This document shows, piece by piece, positions 38,172 to 48,147 of a DNA stretch of 63,312 nt. Positions within the stretch are counted from its first letter, which is position 1. Each line of letters starts with the position of its first letter. The position numbers were made by a program, and so were the translations under genes. The stretch covers positions 1 to 63,312 of the forward strand of contig JAYEIQ010000018.1 of NCBI GenBank assembly GCA_034660175.1, written 5' to 3'. Origin of the DNA: Patescibacteria group bacterium (GTDB lineage Bacteria; Patescibacteriota; Minisyncoccia; Moranbacterales; DUUL01). The notes under the pieces were generated by a model, which was not told the DNA's origin, made no database searches, and was given only the letters and a program-made list of their open reading frames with translations.

Positions 38172-39419
38172 ATGTGGTTATATAATGCAGTAAAAATTTC
38201 ATTGAGAAACTTGGCCGCTTCGAAGTTGCGGTCGTTTTTGACAGTGCTTGGAGTTGTGATTGGTGTTGCTTCGGTAATTATTATTTTTTCGGTGGGAATT
38301 TCTGCTCAAGAGCTGATTTTGGATCAAATAAAGGGAATTGGGTCAAATCTTGTCATTGTTTTGCCTGGAGCTTCAAATGAAGATGGTTCGCCAACTGCAG
38401 TTTTTGGGATAATGACGACGACATTTACATATGATGATTTGCAAGCACTGAGAAACAAAAAAAATGTGCCAGAGGTGGAAGCTGCTGCAGGTTATGTTCT
38501 TGGAACTACAGTTGCCTCATCGAAAAACGAGGAGAAATTAGCTTCTTTCACTGGGGTTACTGCAAGTTATCTTGAAGTGGAAAGTACTCAGGTTGAAAGG
38601 GGCAGGTTTTTCACGGAAGAGGAGGAGAGAGGCTTGGCGAGAGTGACAGTGCTTGGTGTTGAAATTGCAGATGAATTGTTTCCCGATGAAGATCCAATTA
38701 ACAAGAATTTGAAAGTCGGTGATCAAAAATATATGGTCGTTGGAGTATTGGAAGAAAGAGGTGCGGCGGCTTTTGGAGCAACAAGTCAAGACGATACTAT
38801 TTTTGTCCCATTGAAAACTGCCCAGAAGTTGATCATGGGAATCAACCATCTTGGGTTTGCAAGACTTAAAATTGAGGATGCTCAACTTATAGATTTAGCC
38901 AAAGAAAATGTTACATTAACCTTGAGAGATCGTCACAATATTTCCAATCCTGAGAATGATGATTTTTCTGTTCGTGATCAAGCTTCTGCTCTTGAGACAC
39001 TTACGACAGTAACCAATGCTCTGCGATATTTTCTTTTAGCAATAGGGACTGTCTCTTTAGTTGTTGGAGGAGTTGGGATTATGAATATAATGCTTATCGC
39101 AGTGAGTCAGAGAATAAAAGAAGTTGGCACTCGCAAGGCGGTTGGAGCGAAAAACTCAGATATTTTGACTCAGTTTATAATTGAGTCTTCGGCAGTTTCT
39201 TTCTTGGGGGGTATTGTTGGCGTTGTGCTTGGTGTTCTGGTTTCATTTGTTGTTTCTTTTGTGGTTCAATATCTGGGATATAATTGGCCATTTAGAGTTT
39301 CGCTGTTGTCGATTTTGGTTGCTTCGCTGATCTCAATTATGATAGGAGTATCATTTGGTCTATATCCAGCAAAAAAAGCTTCAAAAATTAGTCCAATGGA
39401 AGCTTTGCGATATGAGTGA
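38172..39419 (+). CDS. ABC transporter permease, FtsX/MacB-type
   Basis: N-terminal TM, a large extracytoplasmic domain, and the C-terminal FtsX region (RKAVGAK..DIL.QF..ES, PAKKASKISPMEALRYE). Confidence 0.88.
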   Translation: MWLYNAVKISLRNLAASKLRSFLTVLGVVIGVASVIIIFSVGISAQELILDQIKGIGSNLVIVLPGASNEDGSPTAVFGIMTTTFTYDDLQALRNKKNVPEVEAAAGYVLGTTVASSKNEEKLASFTGVTASYLEVESTQVERGRFFTEEEERGLARVTVLGVEIADELFPDEDPINKNLKVGDQKYMVVGVLEERGAAAFGATSQDDTIFVPLKTAQKLIMGINHLGFARLKIEDAQLIDLAKENVTLTLRDRHNISNPENDDFSVRDQASALETLTTVTNALRYFLLAIGTVSLVVGGVGIMNIMLIAVSQRIKEVGTRKAVGAKNSDILTQFIIESSAVSFLGGIVGVVLGVLVSFVVSFVVQYLGYNWPFRVSLLSILVASLISIMIGVSFGLYPAKKASKISPMEALRYE

Positions 39420-39463
39420 TCTGGTTTTTTATATAGGAGAGCACGTAATTTTAGACATAAGAA

Positions 39464-40717
39464 ATGCAAGAGTTGAAGACATCAATTAAATTAGCTTTTA
39501 GTGTTTTGCGCTCAAATAAGACGCGAACAATTTTGTCTTTGTTGGGAATAGTAATTGGTGTGACCGCTGTGATTTTGGTTCTTTCGTTGGGAGCTGGTCT
39601 CAAAAAGTTTGTTGTTGATCAGGTCGAGTCTTTCGGGACAGGACTTTTTGAAATTGAGATAAAAACACCAAATGTTGAACAAGCATCGACACAAAACGCA
39701 TCCAGCATTGCAGGTGGAGTGCAAATAACAACATTTAAAATCGAAGATGCTGAAGAAGTTGCAAAAAATCCTGTGATAAGTGCTTGGTATGGTGGCAACA
39801 TAGGCCAGCAAATTGTTAGTTATCGCGGTAGAAATGAACAACCAATGATCTTTGCGGTAACTGAGGGAATCGAGAAAGCGGATGAAAATTTCGAGATTGT
39901 TGAGGGTGAAATGTTCACGCGGGAAGATGACAAAAATCTCAAACAAGTTGTGGTGCTTGGCAACGAAATAAAGGAAGATCTTTTTGGTGACAGTTCAGCT
40001 GTCGGCAAGTCTGTAAAAATAAAAGGTCAATCATATAAGGTTATAGGTGTTCTTAAGGAGCGTGGGGGAACAACGTTTTTGAATTTTGACAAAATGGTCT
40101 ATGTTCCAACCAGAACCTTTCACAAGAGGATAGCCGGAATTGATTATATTATGTTTGCAATGTTCAAAGTTGATAATGACGAAGACATGCCCTTTGCTCT
40201 TATTCAAGCAAAGGAAATCATGAGAGAGCGTCATGATGTTAGCAGTCCAGATGAAGAAGACTTTGCTGTTTTGTCCATGGCAGAAGCAGCTGAAATGTTG
40301 GACCAAATATTTGTTGTGATAAATATTCTTCTTTTGTCTCTGACTAGTGTTTCTCTTGTTGTTGGAGGAGTTGGAATAACTAATGTAATGTATGTTGCTG
40401 TTACTGAAAGAACTTTTGAAATTGGCTTGAGAAAAGCGGTGGGAGCAAAAAGAAGTGATATACTCAAGCAATTTCTTTTTGAGGCTGTTATTTTGACATT
40501 GTTGGGTGGTCTGGGAGGAATTTTGATTGGTTTTACTATTTCGAAGATAGCAGAATATGTTTTGGCACATTTCGGATATACACTTGAATTTCCACTGACA
40601 CTATTAGCTTTAGTTTTGGGTGTTGGATTCTCAGCTGTAACGGGCTTGGTCTTTGGACTGAGACCAGCACAAACTGCATCAAAACTGTCACCAATGGAAG
40701 CTTTGAGAAAAGAGTAA
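39464..40717 (+). CDS. ABC transporter permease, FtsX/MacB-type (second copy)
   Basis: Same architecture as the first permease (LRKAVGAKRSDILKQFLFEA, PAQTASKLSPMEALRKE). Confidence 0.88.
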   Translation: MQELKTSIKLAFSVLRSNKTRTILSLLGIVIGVTAVILVLSLGAGLKKFVVDQVESFGTGLFEIEIKTPNVEQASTQNASSIAGGVQITTFKIEDAEEVAKNPVISAWYGGNIGQQIVSYRGRNEQPMIFAVTEGIEKADENFEIVEGEMFTREDDKNLKQVVVLGNEIKEDLFGDSSAVGKSVKIKGQSYKVIGVLKERGGTTFLNFDKMVYVPTRTFHKRIAGIDYIMFAMFKVDNDEDMPFALIQAKEIMRERHDVSSPDEEDFAVLSMAEAAEMLDQIFVVINILLLSLTSVSLVVGGVGITNVMYVAVTERTFEIGLRKAVGAKRSDILKQFLFEAVILTLLGGLGGILIGFTISKIAEYVLAHFGYTLEFPLTLLALVLGVGFSAVTGLVFGLRPAQTASKLSPMEALRKE

Positions 40718-40795
40718 GAATCGGATCATTGAATTGGTATTTTTCTTATGATATGCTTAGGTCATCGTTTAAGGGAGATAAAGGAAAGGTCAAAT

Positions 40796-41890
40796 ATGGA
40801 AAAAGAATCAAAGAAAGATAAAGAAAAAGAAGAAAAGAAAAAGAAGAAAAAATGGTCACTCAAGACCAAATTTTTTATTGTCTTTGTTTTAATCGTTTTG
40901 TTGTTGGTCGCCGGTTTTGTGGGTCTCTATTTGTACAGTCCAATTGGCAAGCTCACAAGGCCAATTTTCAAAAATGTTCCATATCCGGTTGCAATTGTTG
41001 GTAATTTAAATGCTTTGATCACTTCTTCTGAGCTGATCTCGAATGTTGAGGCAGTTAGGCGTTTTTATGAATCACAAGACTATTCAAAGATTGGGCTGAG
41101 GGTTGACTTTACAACCGATGATGGAAAAAAACGTCTCAAAGTTAAGGAGAAAGATATATTTGATAAATTGATTGAAGACAAGATTGTTGAGATGTTGGCA
41201 AACGAAAGAGGAATTATTGTATCAAAAGCAGATGCACAAAAAGCTATAGACAAGAAAATTGCTGAAGTTGGTGATAAAAAAGCTTTGGAATTAAGTCTAG
41301 ATTCAATCTATGGTTGGACGATAGACGAATTTCGAGACAAGGTCGTTGTGTACCAGCTGTACTTCAAGGGACTTTTTTCGTGGTATGCCTTGAACATTCA
41401 GGATCAGAAAGAATATAAGAAAATTGTCAAAGCTAAGCAAATATTGAAAAATGACGGATCAAACTTTTCTGAGGTTGTTGGTGAATATTCTGAAGGAGAG
41501 AGTGTAAAAAGTGACGGAGAGATGGGGTGGTTCAAAAAAGAAGAATTAATCGAAGAGGTGTCTTTAGTTGCTTTTTCTATGGAGAAAGAGGAGATCTCAA
41601 AGATAATTATTAGTCCTTTAGGTTCTCATATCATTCAACTTCAAGATAAAAGGACAAGCGAGATTGAAAATGGTGAAAAAGTGGAAGAAATCAAGGTCAG
41701 ACAAATATTTGTTGAGGGCACAAGCTTTTTGGAATGGTTGGGACAGCAAAAAAAGAAAGCAAAAGTGATTATCTTGATGAAAGATTATAGTTGGGATTCA
41801 GCAGAAGGGCAAGTCAAGTTTGTAGATAAAAATCTAGAGCGAATTGAGAAAAAACTAAGAATTCAAGCGGACGGTGATCCAAGTTTATAG
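40796..41890 (+). CDS. Membrane-anchored parvulin-type peptidyl-prolyl isomerase (PrsA/SurA-like)
   Basis: A Lys-rich N-terminus, a TM, and the PpiC core ...NFSEVVGEYSEGESVKSDGEMGWFKKEEL...SPLGSHIIQL. The start is at the ATG at 40796, with AAAGGAAAGG upstream. Confidence 0.8.
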   Translation: MEKESKKDKEKEEKKKKKKWSLKTKFFIVFVLIVLLLVAGFVGLYLYSPIGKLTRPIFKNVPYPVAIVGNLNALITSSELISNVEAVRRFYESQDYSKIGLRVDFTTDDGKKRLKVKEKDIFDKLIEDKIVEMLANERGIIVSKADAQKAIDKKIAEVGDKKALELSLDSIYGWTIDEFRDKVVVYQLYFKGLFSWYALNIQDQKEYKKIVKAKQILKNDGSNFSEVVGEYSEGESVKSDGEMGWFKKEELIEEVSLVAFSMEKEEISKIIISPLGSHIIQLQDKRTSEIENGEKVEEIKVRQIFVEGTSFLEWLGQQKKKAKVIILMKDYSWDSAEGQVKFVDKNLERIEKKLRIQADGDPSL

Positions 41891-41936
41891 GAAAACAAAA
41901 ATCAAGATAGATAAAAAAATAAACAAAAAAATAAAC

Positions 41937-42119
41937 ATGAAAGTGTCTATTGATGAAGAAAAGTGTATAGGATGTGGAGCTTGTGAGGGTATGTGCTCTC
42001 AATGTTTCGTTGTCGAAGATGGTATTTCAAAAGTAAAGACTCAAGAATGTGGATCTTGTGATTTGAAAGAAGTTGCCAGTAGTTGTCCAACTGGAGCAAT
42101 TATTTATGATAATGTCTAG
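41937..42119 (+). CDS. Small ferredoxin (single Fe-S cluster type)
   Basis: MKVSIDEEKCIGCGACEGMC...ASSCPTGAI. The start is the internal ATG at 41937. Confidence 0.85.
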   Translation: MKVSIDEEKCIGCGACEGMCSQCFVVEDGISKVKTQECGSCDLKEVASSCPTGAIIYDNV

Positions 42120-42231
42120 ATGTAGTTTCGCAAGAAAGTTGCTATTTATGCGTATTATCAGGTATTGTGTGTCTTTGCCTGTTGTATAAGTCGCACATAG
42201 GCTAAATCCATAAAAAACTTAATATAAAAGA

Positions 42232-43563
42232 ATGACAGAGATAAATGATGAAGTTTCTGACTTTTCTGGTGTGGAAAAAGTTAGAGATGAAAAATCAGAC
42301 AATTGTAATTATAAGATCTCAAAAAAGGCCTTGATCGGAGTTCTTGTTTTGACTATAGCAATTAGCACTTTTTTGGGAGGCATTGCTGGTTTCTTGGCAA
42401 GTGAAACAAGTGTAAGTGGTCTTCGCGGAGCGGTTGAAGCTCTTTTGCCACAAGATGTCACTCAACAACAAGCAAGAGAGCTAACAAGTGCTACAAAAGC
42501 CGGAACTGTTAAAGTTCTTGAAGAAGAGTCTTCTGTGATCAAGGTTGTTGAAGATGTTTCACCTGCTGTGGTTAGTATTATTGTATCGAAAGATGTTTCC
42601 AAGCTTGATGAATTTGCTCTTAATCCATTTTTTGATGATCCGTTCTTCAACCCATTTGGTCTTCGTCCTTTACCTCAAGGTGAGCCAGAGACAGAGAAGA
42701 GGGAAATTGGAGGAGGCACTGGTTTTGTTGTGAGTTCAGATGGATTTATAATTACAAATCGTCATGTTGTTGATGACTTGGAAGCGGACTATACTGTTGT
42801 AATGAACGATGGTCAAAAAATTGAGGCGAAGGTTTTGGCTCGAGACACTGTGATGGATCTAGCTGTTATTAAAGTAGAGAAGAATGATCTTCCAATAATT
42901 GAGCTGGGAGATTCTGATGTTTTAAAGATTGGCCAAACAGTTGTGGCAATCGGAAATTCACTTGGTGAGTTTCGAAATACAGTCTCAAAGGGGATAATTT
43001 CTGGATTAAAGAGAAATGTAAATGCGGGTGATGGTTTTGGCCAGACTGAACTTTTGGAAGAGGTCATTCAAACTGATGCAGCAATTAATCCGGGCAATTC
43101 TGGTGGTCCAATACTGAACCTTCAAGGGCAGGTTGTTGGTGTTAATGTTGCAATGGCTCAAGGAGCTGAAAACATTGGCTTCGCAATTCCTATAAATGAG
43201 GTCAAGAAGATATATCAGAGTGTGAAAACTACAGGTAAAATCGTCAGACCATATCTTGGTGTTCGCTATATGCTCGTGAATGAGCAAGTGAAAACGGAAA
43301 ATAACTTGCCGGTAGTATATGGAGCTTTGATTGTTCGTGGAAATAGGCCAAGCGAACTAGCTGTTTCGCCAGGTGGTCCAGCGGACAAGGCAGGAATTGT
43401 TGAAAATGATATTGTTCTTGAGATAAATGGTACAAAAATTGATCAAGACAATGATTTGGCGAAAGTTATTAAAAAACTTAATGTTGGGGATCAAATATCA
43501 ATGAAGATTTTGACTAAAGGAGAAGAAAAAAGTGTGACAGTGTTATTGGAGGAAGCAAATTAG
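42232..43563 (+). CDS. htrA: HtrA/DegP-family serine protease with a PDZ domain
   Basis: The catalytic triad contexts are intact: ITNRHVV (His), DLAVIKV (Asp) and GNSGGP (Ser). The C-terminal PDZ region reads GIVENDIVLEINGTKI. Confidence 0.92.
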   Translation: MTEINDEVSDFSGVEKVRDEKSDNCNYKISKKALIGVLVLTIAISTFLGGIAGFLASETSVSGLRGAVEALLPQDVTQQQARELTSATKAGTVKVLEEESSVIKVVEDVSPAVVSIIVSKDVSKLDEFALNPFFDDPFFNPFGLRPLPQGEPETEKREIGGGTGFVVSSDGFIITNRHVVDDLEADYTVVMNDGQKIEAKVLARDTVMDLAVIKVEKNDLPIIELGDSDVLKIGQTVVAIGNSLGEFRNTVSKGIISGLKRNVNAGDGFGQTELLEEVIQTDAAINPGNSGGPILNLQGQVVGVNVAMAQGAENIGFAIPINEVKKIYQSVKTTGKIVRPYLGVRYMLVNEQVKTENNLPVVYGALIVRGNRPSELAVSPGGPADKAGIVENDIVLEINGTKIDQDNDLAKVIKKLNVGDQISMKILTKGEEKSVTVLLEEAN

Positions 43564-43695
43564 AATATTCTGATGGTCAAAATTTTTGTTTTGTGTAGAA
43601 ATGTGATAGCATGGAAAACTGGCAGAAATACAAAAACCTTCTTAGGTTAGATGTTTGTGTCAAAGTCATAAATAAAAGAATAAAATAAAGGTTAG

Positions 43696-44511
43696 ATGTT
43701 GGTTAAACTTAATGCGATTGCACTGAGCATTGTTTTCGCAGCTGTTTTGGAAGTTGTTGTTTTCGGCGAGAAATGGTTTTTCCATGCTCTGATTTTTCTA
43801 GTCATATTTTCAGTCTTAGCTGTATGGCCTCTTGCTAGGAGAATAAAATTTTTTGCAATTCCTTTCTTTTTGAGCGTTGGCTCACTCAGCCTTCTGTATT
43901 TGATAGATGAACCCATTGAGAAACATGTTTTTGTTGGATTGTCCTCTTTAGTTTATTATCTTGCTCTAATTGGTGCTTATCGCTTGAAGTTTTATGATTG
44001 TGATCGAACTGCTCAGGGCATGATAAATCTTGCAACTCTTGCTACTGGATTTTTTTGGTTTGTTTCAAATTATGGTTGGTATTTGAATTTTGAAATCAGT
44101 ACGTGGATTTTAGTGCTGACTTTTGTTGGGTCAACTTTTTTGATTGGCTTGCCCTCACTTTTAATTTGTGCTGAATCATGTCGACAGATTGACGAGCGTT
44201 CAAATGGTAAATCCAAGCAGTTGACGCTCGTTTCGAAGGACTTAAGGCATCACAACAATCAGGTAGTTTTTTATTTGAGCTTTATTATCGCTTTAGTTAT
44301 GGGTGAATTAATATGGGGGCTCGCTCTTTGGCCATTTGGGTATTTGACCACTGGAGTGGTGGTTGTGATTTTCTATTTTGTCTTATGGGATGTTGCAAGG
44401 ATGTATATCCAAAATGTACTCACCAGAAAGGCTGTGATAGCCGATATATTAATAGCATTTTTTTCTATATCTGGGATTCTTGCAACTGCAAAGTGGAGTT
44501 TAGTTGTGTGA
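43696..44511 (+). CDS. Integral membrane protein, hypothetical
   Basis: 271 aa with about 8 hydrophobic segments. It lies between the two HtrA-like genes. Confidence 0.6.
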   Translation: MLVKLNAIALSIVFAAVLEVVVFGEKWFFHALIFLVIFSVLAVWPLARRIKFFAIPFFLSVGSLSLLYLIDEPIEKHVFVGLSSLVYYLALIGAYRLKFYDCDRTAQGMINLATLATGFFWFVSNYGWYLNFEISTWILVLTFVGSTFLIGLPSLLICAESCRQIDERSNGKSKQLTLVSKDLRHHNNQVVFYLSFIIALVMGELIWGLALWPFGYLTTGVVVVIFYFVLWDVARMYIQNVLTRKAVIADILIAFFSISGILATAKWSLVV

Positions 44512-44580
44512 TTGACAGATGGGCTATTTTGGTGTTTGATGGTTCAACTAGAGTGTTTTAATGGATAATTGAAAAATTAA

Positions 44581-45774
44581 ATGAATTTGGTAAAAAAATT
44601 AATAAAAATAGTAGCAATTATACTTTTGGTTATTCTTCTCGGGGGAATATCAGGAGTTTTTGGTGACAGAATTTTGATGCCATGGCTTTCTTCATTTGAA
44701 ACTTTTTCAAGACTTTCTATTTTTCAAAAAGCAAACGAGAAGGTAACTGTGATCAACAAGACAGAGCAAATTACTGTAAAAGAAGATTTTTCAGTGACTA
44801 AAACTGCTAAAAATGTTATTCCTTCTGTTGTGAGCATAATTACATATGAAAAAGAAAACGTTGAGAATTCAACAGTAAACATTCGCTTAAGCAACGAGAT
44901 TCGTGAGGGCGTGAGAACCGGTTTGATTTTGACGAGTGATGGTCTTATTATGAGCGTAGCTAAGCAAGGTGAGGTTTTCAATCAAAAAGAGGTTACAAAT
45001 AAACAAAATAAAGTCTTGGTTTGGGATGGTCGTGAGTTTGATGCAGAATTTGTTACCAATGACCCATATGCTGGATTGGTTTTTTATAAAATTGATGCAA
45101 TGAATCTGCCAGCACCTCCTCTTGGTAACTCAGATGAACTTGAGAGTGGGGAGAAAATTGTTCTTGTTGGAAATTCTGGTGGTGAGTACCAGAACACTTT
45201 TTCAGTTGGAGTTATCAATCAAAGAGACAAATCATTTACTCTTTTGAACTCAGAACTTTCATTTTCAGATAGGATGGAAGGAGCAATTTTAACAGATGCA
45301 CATATCCAGCACGACAATCTTGGAGGTCCTGTGGTTGATTTCAATGGGACTGTGGTAGGGATTGTAAACCAGGTGGAAAAAAATGGTGACAAAATTGGCT
45401 TTATCGTTCCTATGAAAACTTTGAAAAACTCAATCGATGCAGTTATTCGGAATGGAGAGATTTCAAGGGCACAACTTGGTGCATACTATCTTTCTATTGA
45501 TAGAGAGATAGCTTTGCTGAGTAATTTGCCAGTTAATGAAGGGGCTTTGATCTATTCTTTTTCTCTTCAGCGGGGTCTTGCAGTGATCAAAAATTCTGCT
45601 GCGGACATAGGTGAAATTGAGTTGGGAGATATTGTTACAAAAGTGAATGATGATAAAATAACTTTAGACAAGCCACTTTCAGTGCATATCGCAGAATTTG
45701 ATAAAGAGGAAAAAGTAATACTGACTGTTTTGAGGAAAGGAAAAGAAATTGATCTAGAAATTGTTTTGCAATAA
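44581..45774 (+). CDS. HtrA-like protein lacking the catalytic triad (predicted pseudoprotease) with a PDZ-like C-terminus
   Basis: It aligns by eye to 42232-43563. GFIITNRHVV becomes GLIMSVAKQG, so the His is lost. MDLAVIKV becomes AGLVFYKI, so the Asp is lost. NPGNSGGPIL becomes QHDNLGGPVV, so Ser becomes Leu. Confidence 0.8.
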   Translation: MNLVKKLIKIVAIILLVILLGGISGVFGDRILMPWLSSFETFSRLSIFQKANEKVTVINKTEQITVKEDFSVTKTAKNVIPSVVSIITYEKENVENSTVNIRLSNEIREGVRTGLILTSDGLIMSVAKQGEVFNQKEVTNKQNKVLVWDGREFDAEFVTNDPYAGLVFYKIDAMNLPAPPLGNSDELESGEKIVLVGNSGGEYQNTFSVGVINQRDKSFTLLNSELSFSDRMEGAILTDAHIQHDNLGGPVVDFNGTVVGIVNQVEKNGDKIGFIVPMKTLKNSIDAVIRNGEISRAQLGAYYLSIDREIALLSNLPVNEGALIYSFSLQRGLAVIKNSAADIGEIELGDIVTKVNDDKITLDKPLSVHIAEFDKEEKVILTVLRKGKEIDLEIVLQ

Positions 45775-45803
45775 CAAAAAGAAAGATAAGAAATACATTA
45801 ATG

Positions 45804-45833
45804 CTCAACCTCTATGGTTGGGTGTTTTTATTT
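45804..45833 (+). terminator. Intrinsic terminator after the HtrA-like gene
   Basis: CTCAACC-tctat-GGTTGGG forms 7 bp including one G-U pair. TGTTTTTATTT follows. Confidence 0.55.
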
Positions 45834-45916
45834 GACAAAAAGGCTTAATTGATATACAAATGAGAGTCCTGATAGTGAGATGATTTGTTTCTCAAGAGTG
45901 ATTTATTACAAAAAAG

Positions 45917-47380
45917 ATGACTTCAATTTTAATAAAAATTAGAAAGAAATGGCAACTGATTGTCTATGTGTCGCTAATTCTAGGAGCGATTACTTTTCTT
46001 GTTTCTACAGTAATTTCGCCTAAATACAAATCAGAAGTATCAATTTTGATTGTTCAGCATAATGTTGACACATATTCTGTTGTAAGAAGTGCTGGGTATT
46101 TAGGCGATATCTTTTCTCAGGTTTTGTATACAGAATCTTTTTTAAATGATGTACTCGAATCTCCCTTTGAGATAGAGAGAAACTTTTCAAATGATCCAAA
46201 AAAGAAAAGAAGCGAGTGGAAAAAAGAGGTGGCGATTAAAAAAATAGCAGATACAGGAATTGTTCAAATAAAAGTATTTGATGTTTCTAGAATTCAAGCT
46301 GAAAAAATTTCCAGTGGAATTGCCTGGAACTTTGCAGTTAATGGTACGAAATATCATGGGGGAGCGGATAATATTGAAGTGAAAATAATTGATGGTCCAA
46401 TAACAAGTTCAAAACCAGCATATCCAAATGTTCTCATGAATACAATATTTGGTCTGATGGCAGGTTTGTTTGGTTCTTTGATTTTGATCTTTTTCTTTGA
46501 TGAATTTGATTTGAAAGTTGTGGAGTCGCGTAGATTGCCGAGGTCTATTGTTAAGGATGAAATTGAGAGACAACTCCAGAAAAGATCTCGAGATGAAAGA
46601 CTTGAATATCTTTCCACCGAACCTGAAGTGTATGAAATAAAAAAAGTTGTCAGTCGAGTTGAGCCTGAGACCGAAAAAAATTCTGTAGCAAGTGAAGATA
46701 TATATGAATCTGATAAACCTGTTACCGCAAAAAAAATTGAAGATGAGCCAGTAGACCAATTTTCTAGTGAAATTGAGCAAAAAAAGGAGATGGTTCGTGT
46801 GGCCATTAAAGAAGAGAAGTCAAAAGTTGAGTTGGAAAAAGAAGAGAAAATAAAGAAAGTTGATTTGAAATCAAATGGTAACAAAAGACGAAACGAGAAA
46901 ACAAGTTTTCTTTCAAGACTCTATAAGAAATCTCTTTTTGCTGACAAATTATTCTCTAAAAATAAGCACTTGATCATTGAAGAATATCGTCATCATCAAG
47001 AAAGGTTGGATGACACCGGTGATGAATCTATTGAGAGAGTGAAAAAAATAACTTCATTGGAAGAGAAAAACGAAGAGCAATTGCCATGGATGGGTGGAGT
47101 AAAAAAGGCTCCTGCACCAGATGATCTGCCGATTTTTGTTGAATTGAAAGAGAAGACAGTTCAAGAGGAGACAATACAGCAAGAAAAGGAAAACATGAGC
47201 AATGACAAAAAGCTAGTTGATGAAGAACTCGCACCGTTTGTTGGCAAGAAGGAGCACAACGAGTTTGTCAAGGAATTTGAGAAAGAGGAACAGAAAAAAG
47301 AATTAATGGATTCTGATATGGAGTCAACTGATGACGAAGTGAAAGACAGGCTTAACAAGCTGTTGAAAGGTGAGTTGTGA
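45917..47380 (+). CDS. Wzz-like polysaccharide co-polymerase (chain-length determinant) with a Lys/Glu-rich C-terminal extension of about 280 aa
   Basis: TM1 is followed by ISPKYKSEVSILIVQ (the Wzz N-terminal pattern), then a periplasmic region, TM2 (LMNTIFGLMAGLFGSLILIFFF) and a long low-complexity K/E tail. Confidence 0.65.
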   Translation: MTSILIKIRKKWQLIVYVSLILGAITFLVSTVISPKYKSEVSILIVQHNVDTYSVVRSAGYLGDIFSQVLYTESFLNDVLESPFEIERNFSNDPKKKRSEWKKEVAIKKIADTGIVQIKVFDVSRIQAEKISSGIAWNFAVNGTKYHGGADNIEVKIIDGPITSSKPAYPNVLMNTIFGLMAGLFGSLILIFFFDEFDLKVVESRRLPRSIVKDEIERQLQKRSRDERLEYLSTEPEVYEIKKVVSRVEPETEKNSVASEDIYESDKPVTAKKIEDEPVDQFSSEIEQKKEMVRVAIKEEKSKVELEKEEKIKKVDLKSNGNKRRNEKTSFLSRLYKKSLFADKLFSKNKHLIIEEYRHHQERLDDTGDESIERVKKITSLEEKNEEQLPWMGGVKKAPAPDDLPIFVELKEKTVQEETIQQEKENMSNDKKLVDEELAPFVGKKEHNEFVKEFEKEEQKKELMDSDMESTDDEVKDRLNKLLKGEL

Positions 47381-47409
47381 ATATTGTTGTTTTATATAAA
47401 CTGGTTTAA

Positions 47410-48069
47410 TTGAAAAAGGAGATGAACTTGAATTTACTGATTAAAAAAAGAGGAACAATAGCCATTATTTTGGTTGTTTTCGTGCTCATTGCTTTTATTG
47501 TGACAATGCTTCAGCCATTAAAATATGGTGCAAAATCAAAGATTTTGGTTGTTCAGGATGTACCAGCAGGATTGGATCCTTACGCTCTTGCTCGTTCAAA
47601 TGCATATTTAAGTGTGGTATTGTCAAAAATTGTTTCAACAAACTCTTTTTATGAAAAAGCTGTATCAAGTGATCTTGGTGTTGAAAGAAGGTATTTTGAG
47701 ATTGGCAATGATATTGAGAAAACGACTAAAAAATGGAAAAAAACTGTCAGAACTAAAGCTTCAGGAGATACTGGAATTATTGAAATTAATGTTGTTCATC
47801 CAGATAGGGAGCAGGCGGAGGTTATTGCAAACGCCGTCTTTCAAATTTTGGCCAATGAGCATGAAAAATTTCATGGTGGTGACAACGTTGAAATAAAAAC
47901 CATTGATTCCCCGATTGTTTCACAGGCAAGTCCTAACATTCCGGTGAATTTTGCAATAGCACTATTGATTGGAGTTTTGACTTCTCTTTTCTATATCTTT
48001 CAGTATCCTGAAGATGAACACGATTTCAAACTGTCAAAAAAAAGAAACAATCTTGTCATGCCAGAGTGA
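47410..48069 (+). CDS. Wzz-like polysaccharide co-polymerase, short form
   Basis: TM1 followed by LQPLKYGAKSKILVVQD, and TM2 near the C-terminus. The start is ambiguous (TTG at 47410 or ATG at 47422). Confidence 0.65.
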   Translation: MKKEMNLNLLIKKRGTIAIILVVFVLIAFIVTMLQPLKYGAKSKILVVQDVPAGLDPYALARSNAYLSVVLSKIVSTNSFYEKAVSSDLGVERRYFEIGNDIEKTTKKWKKTVRTKASGDTGIIEINVVHPDREQAEVIANAVFQILANEHEKFHGGDNVEIKTIDSPIVSQASPNIPVNFAIALLIGVLTSLFYIFQYPEDEHDFKLSKKRNNLVMPE

Positions 48070-48105
48070 CAGTTTTAAGACTATAAATTAATGGCGACAA
48101 ATAAT

Positions 48106-48133
48106 TTGACAACAGTGATATTTATCGTATAAT
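48106..48133 (+). promoter_or_regulatory. Near-consensus sigma-70 promoter for the GC-elevated island
   Basis: TTGACA (48106-48111), a 16-nt spacer, then TATAAT (48128-48133). This is about 240 nt upstream of the island gene A start. Confidence 0.55.
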
Positions 48134-48147
48134 GTGATGGTGCAATA

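Noticed and set aside
43644-43700. 12-nt direct repeat AGGTTAGATGTT (43644-43655 and 43689-43700), with the second copy containing the start codon of the membrane protein
   Set aside because: It is short, there are only two copies, and the first copy opens only a 6-codon ORF. It is most likely chance or a trivial duplication.
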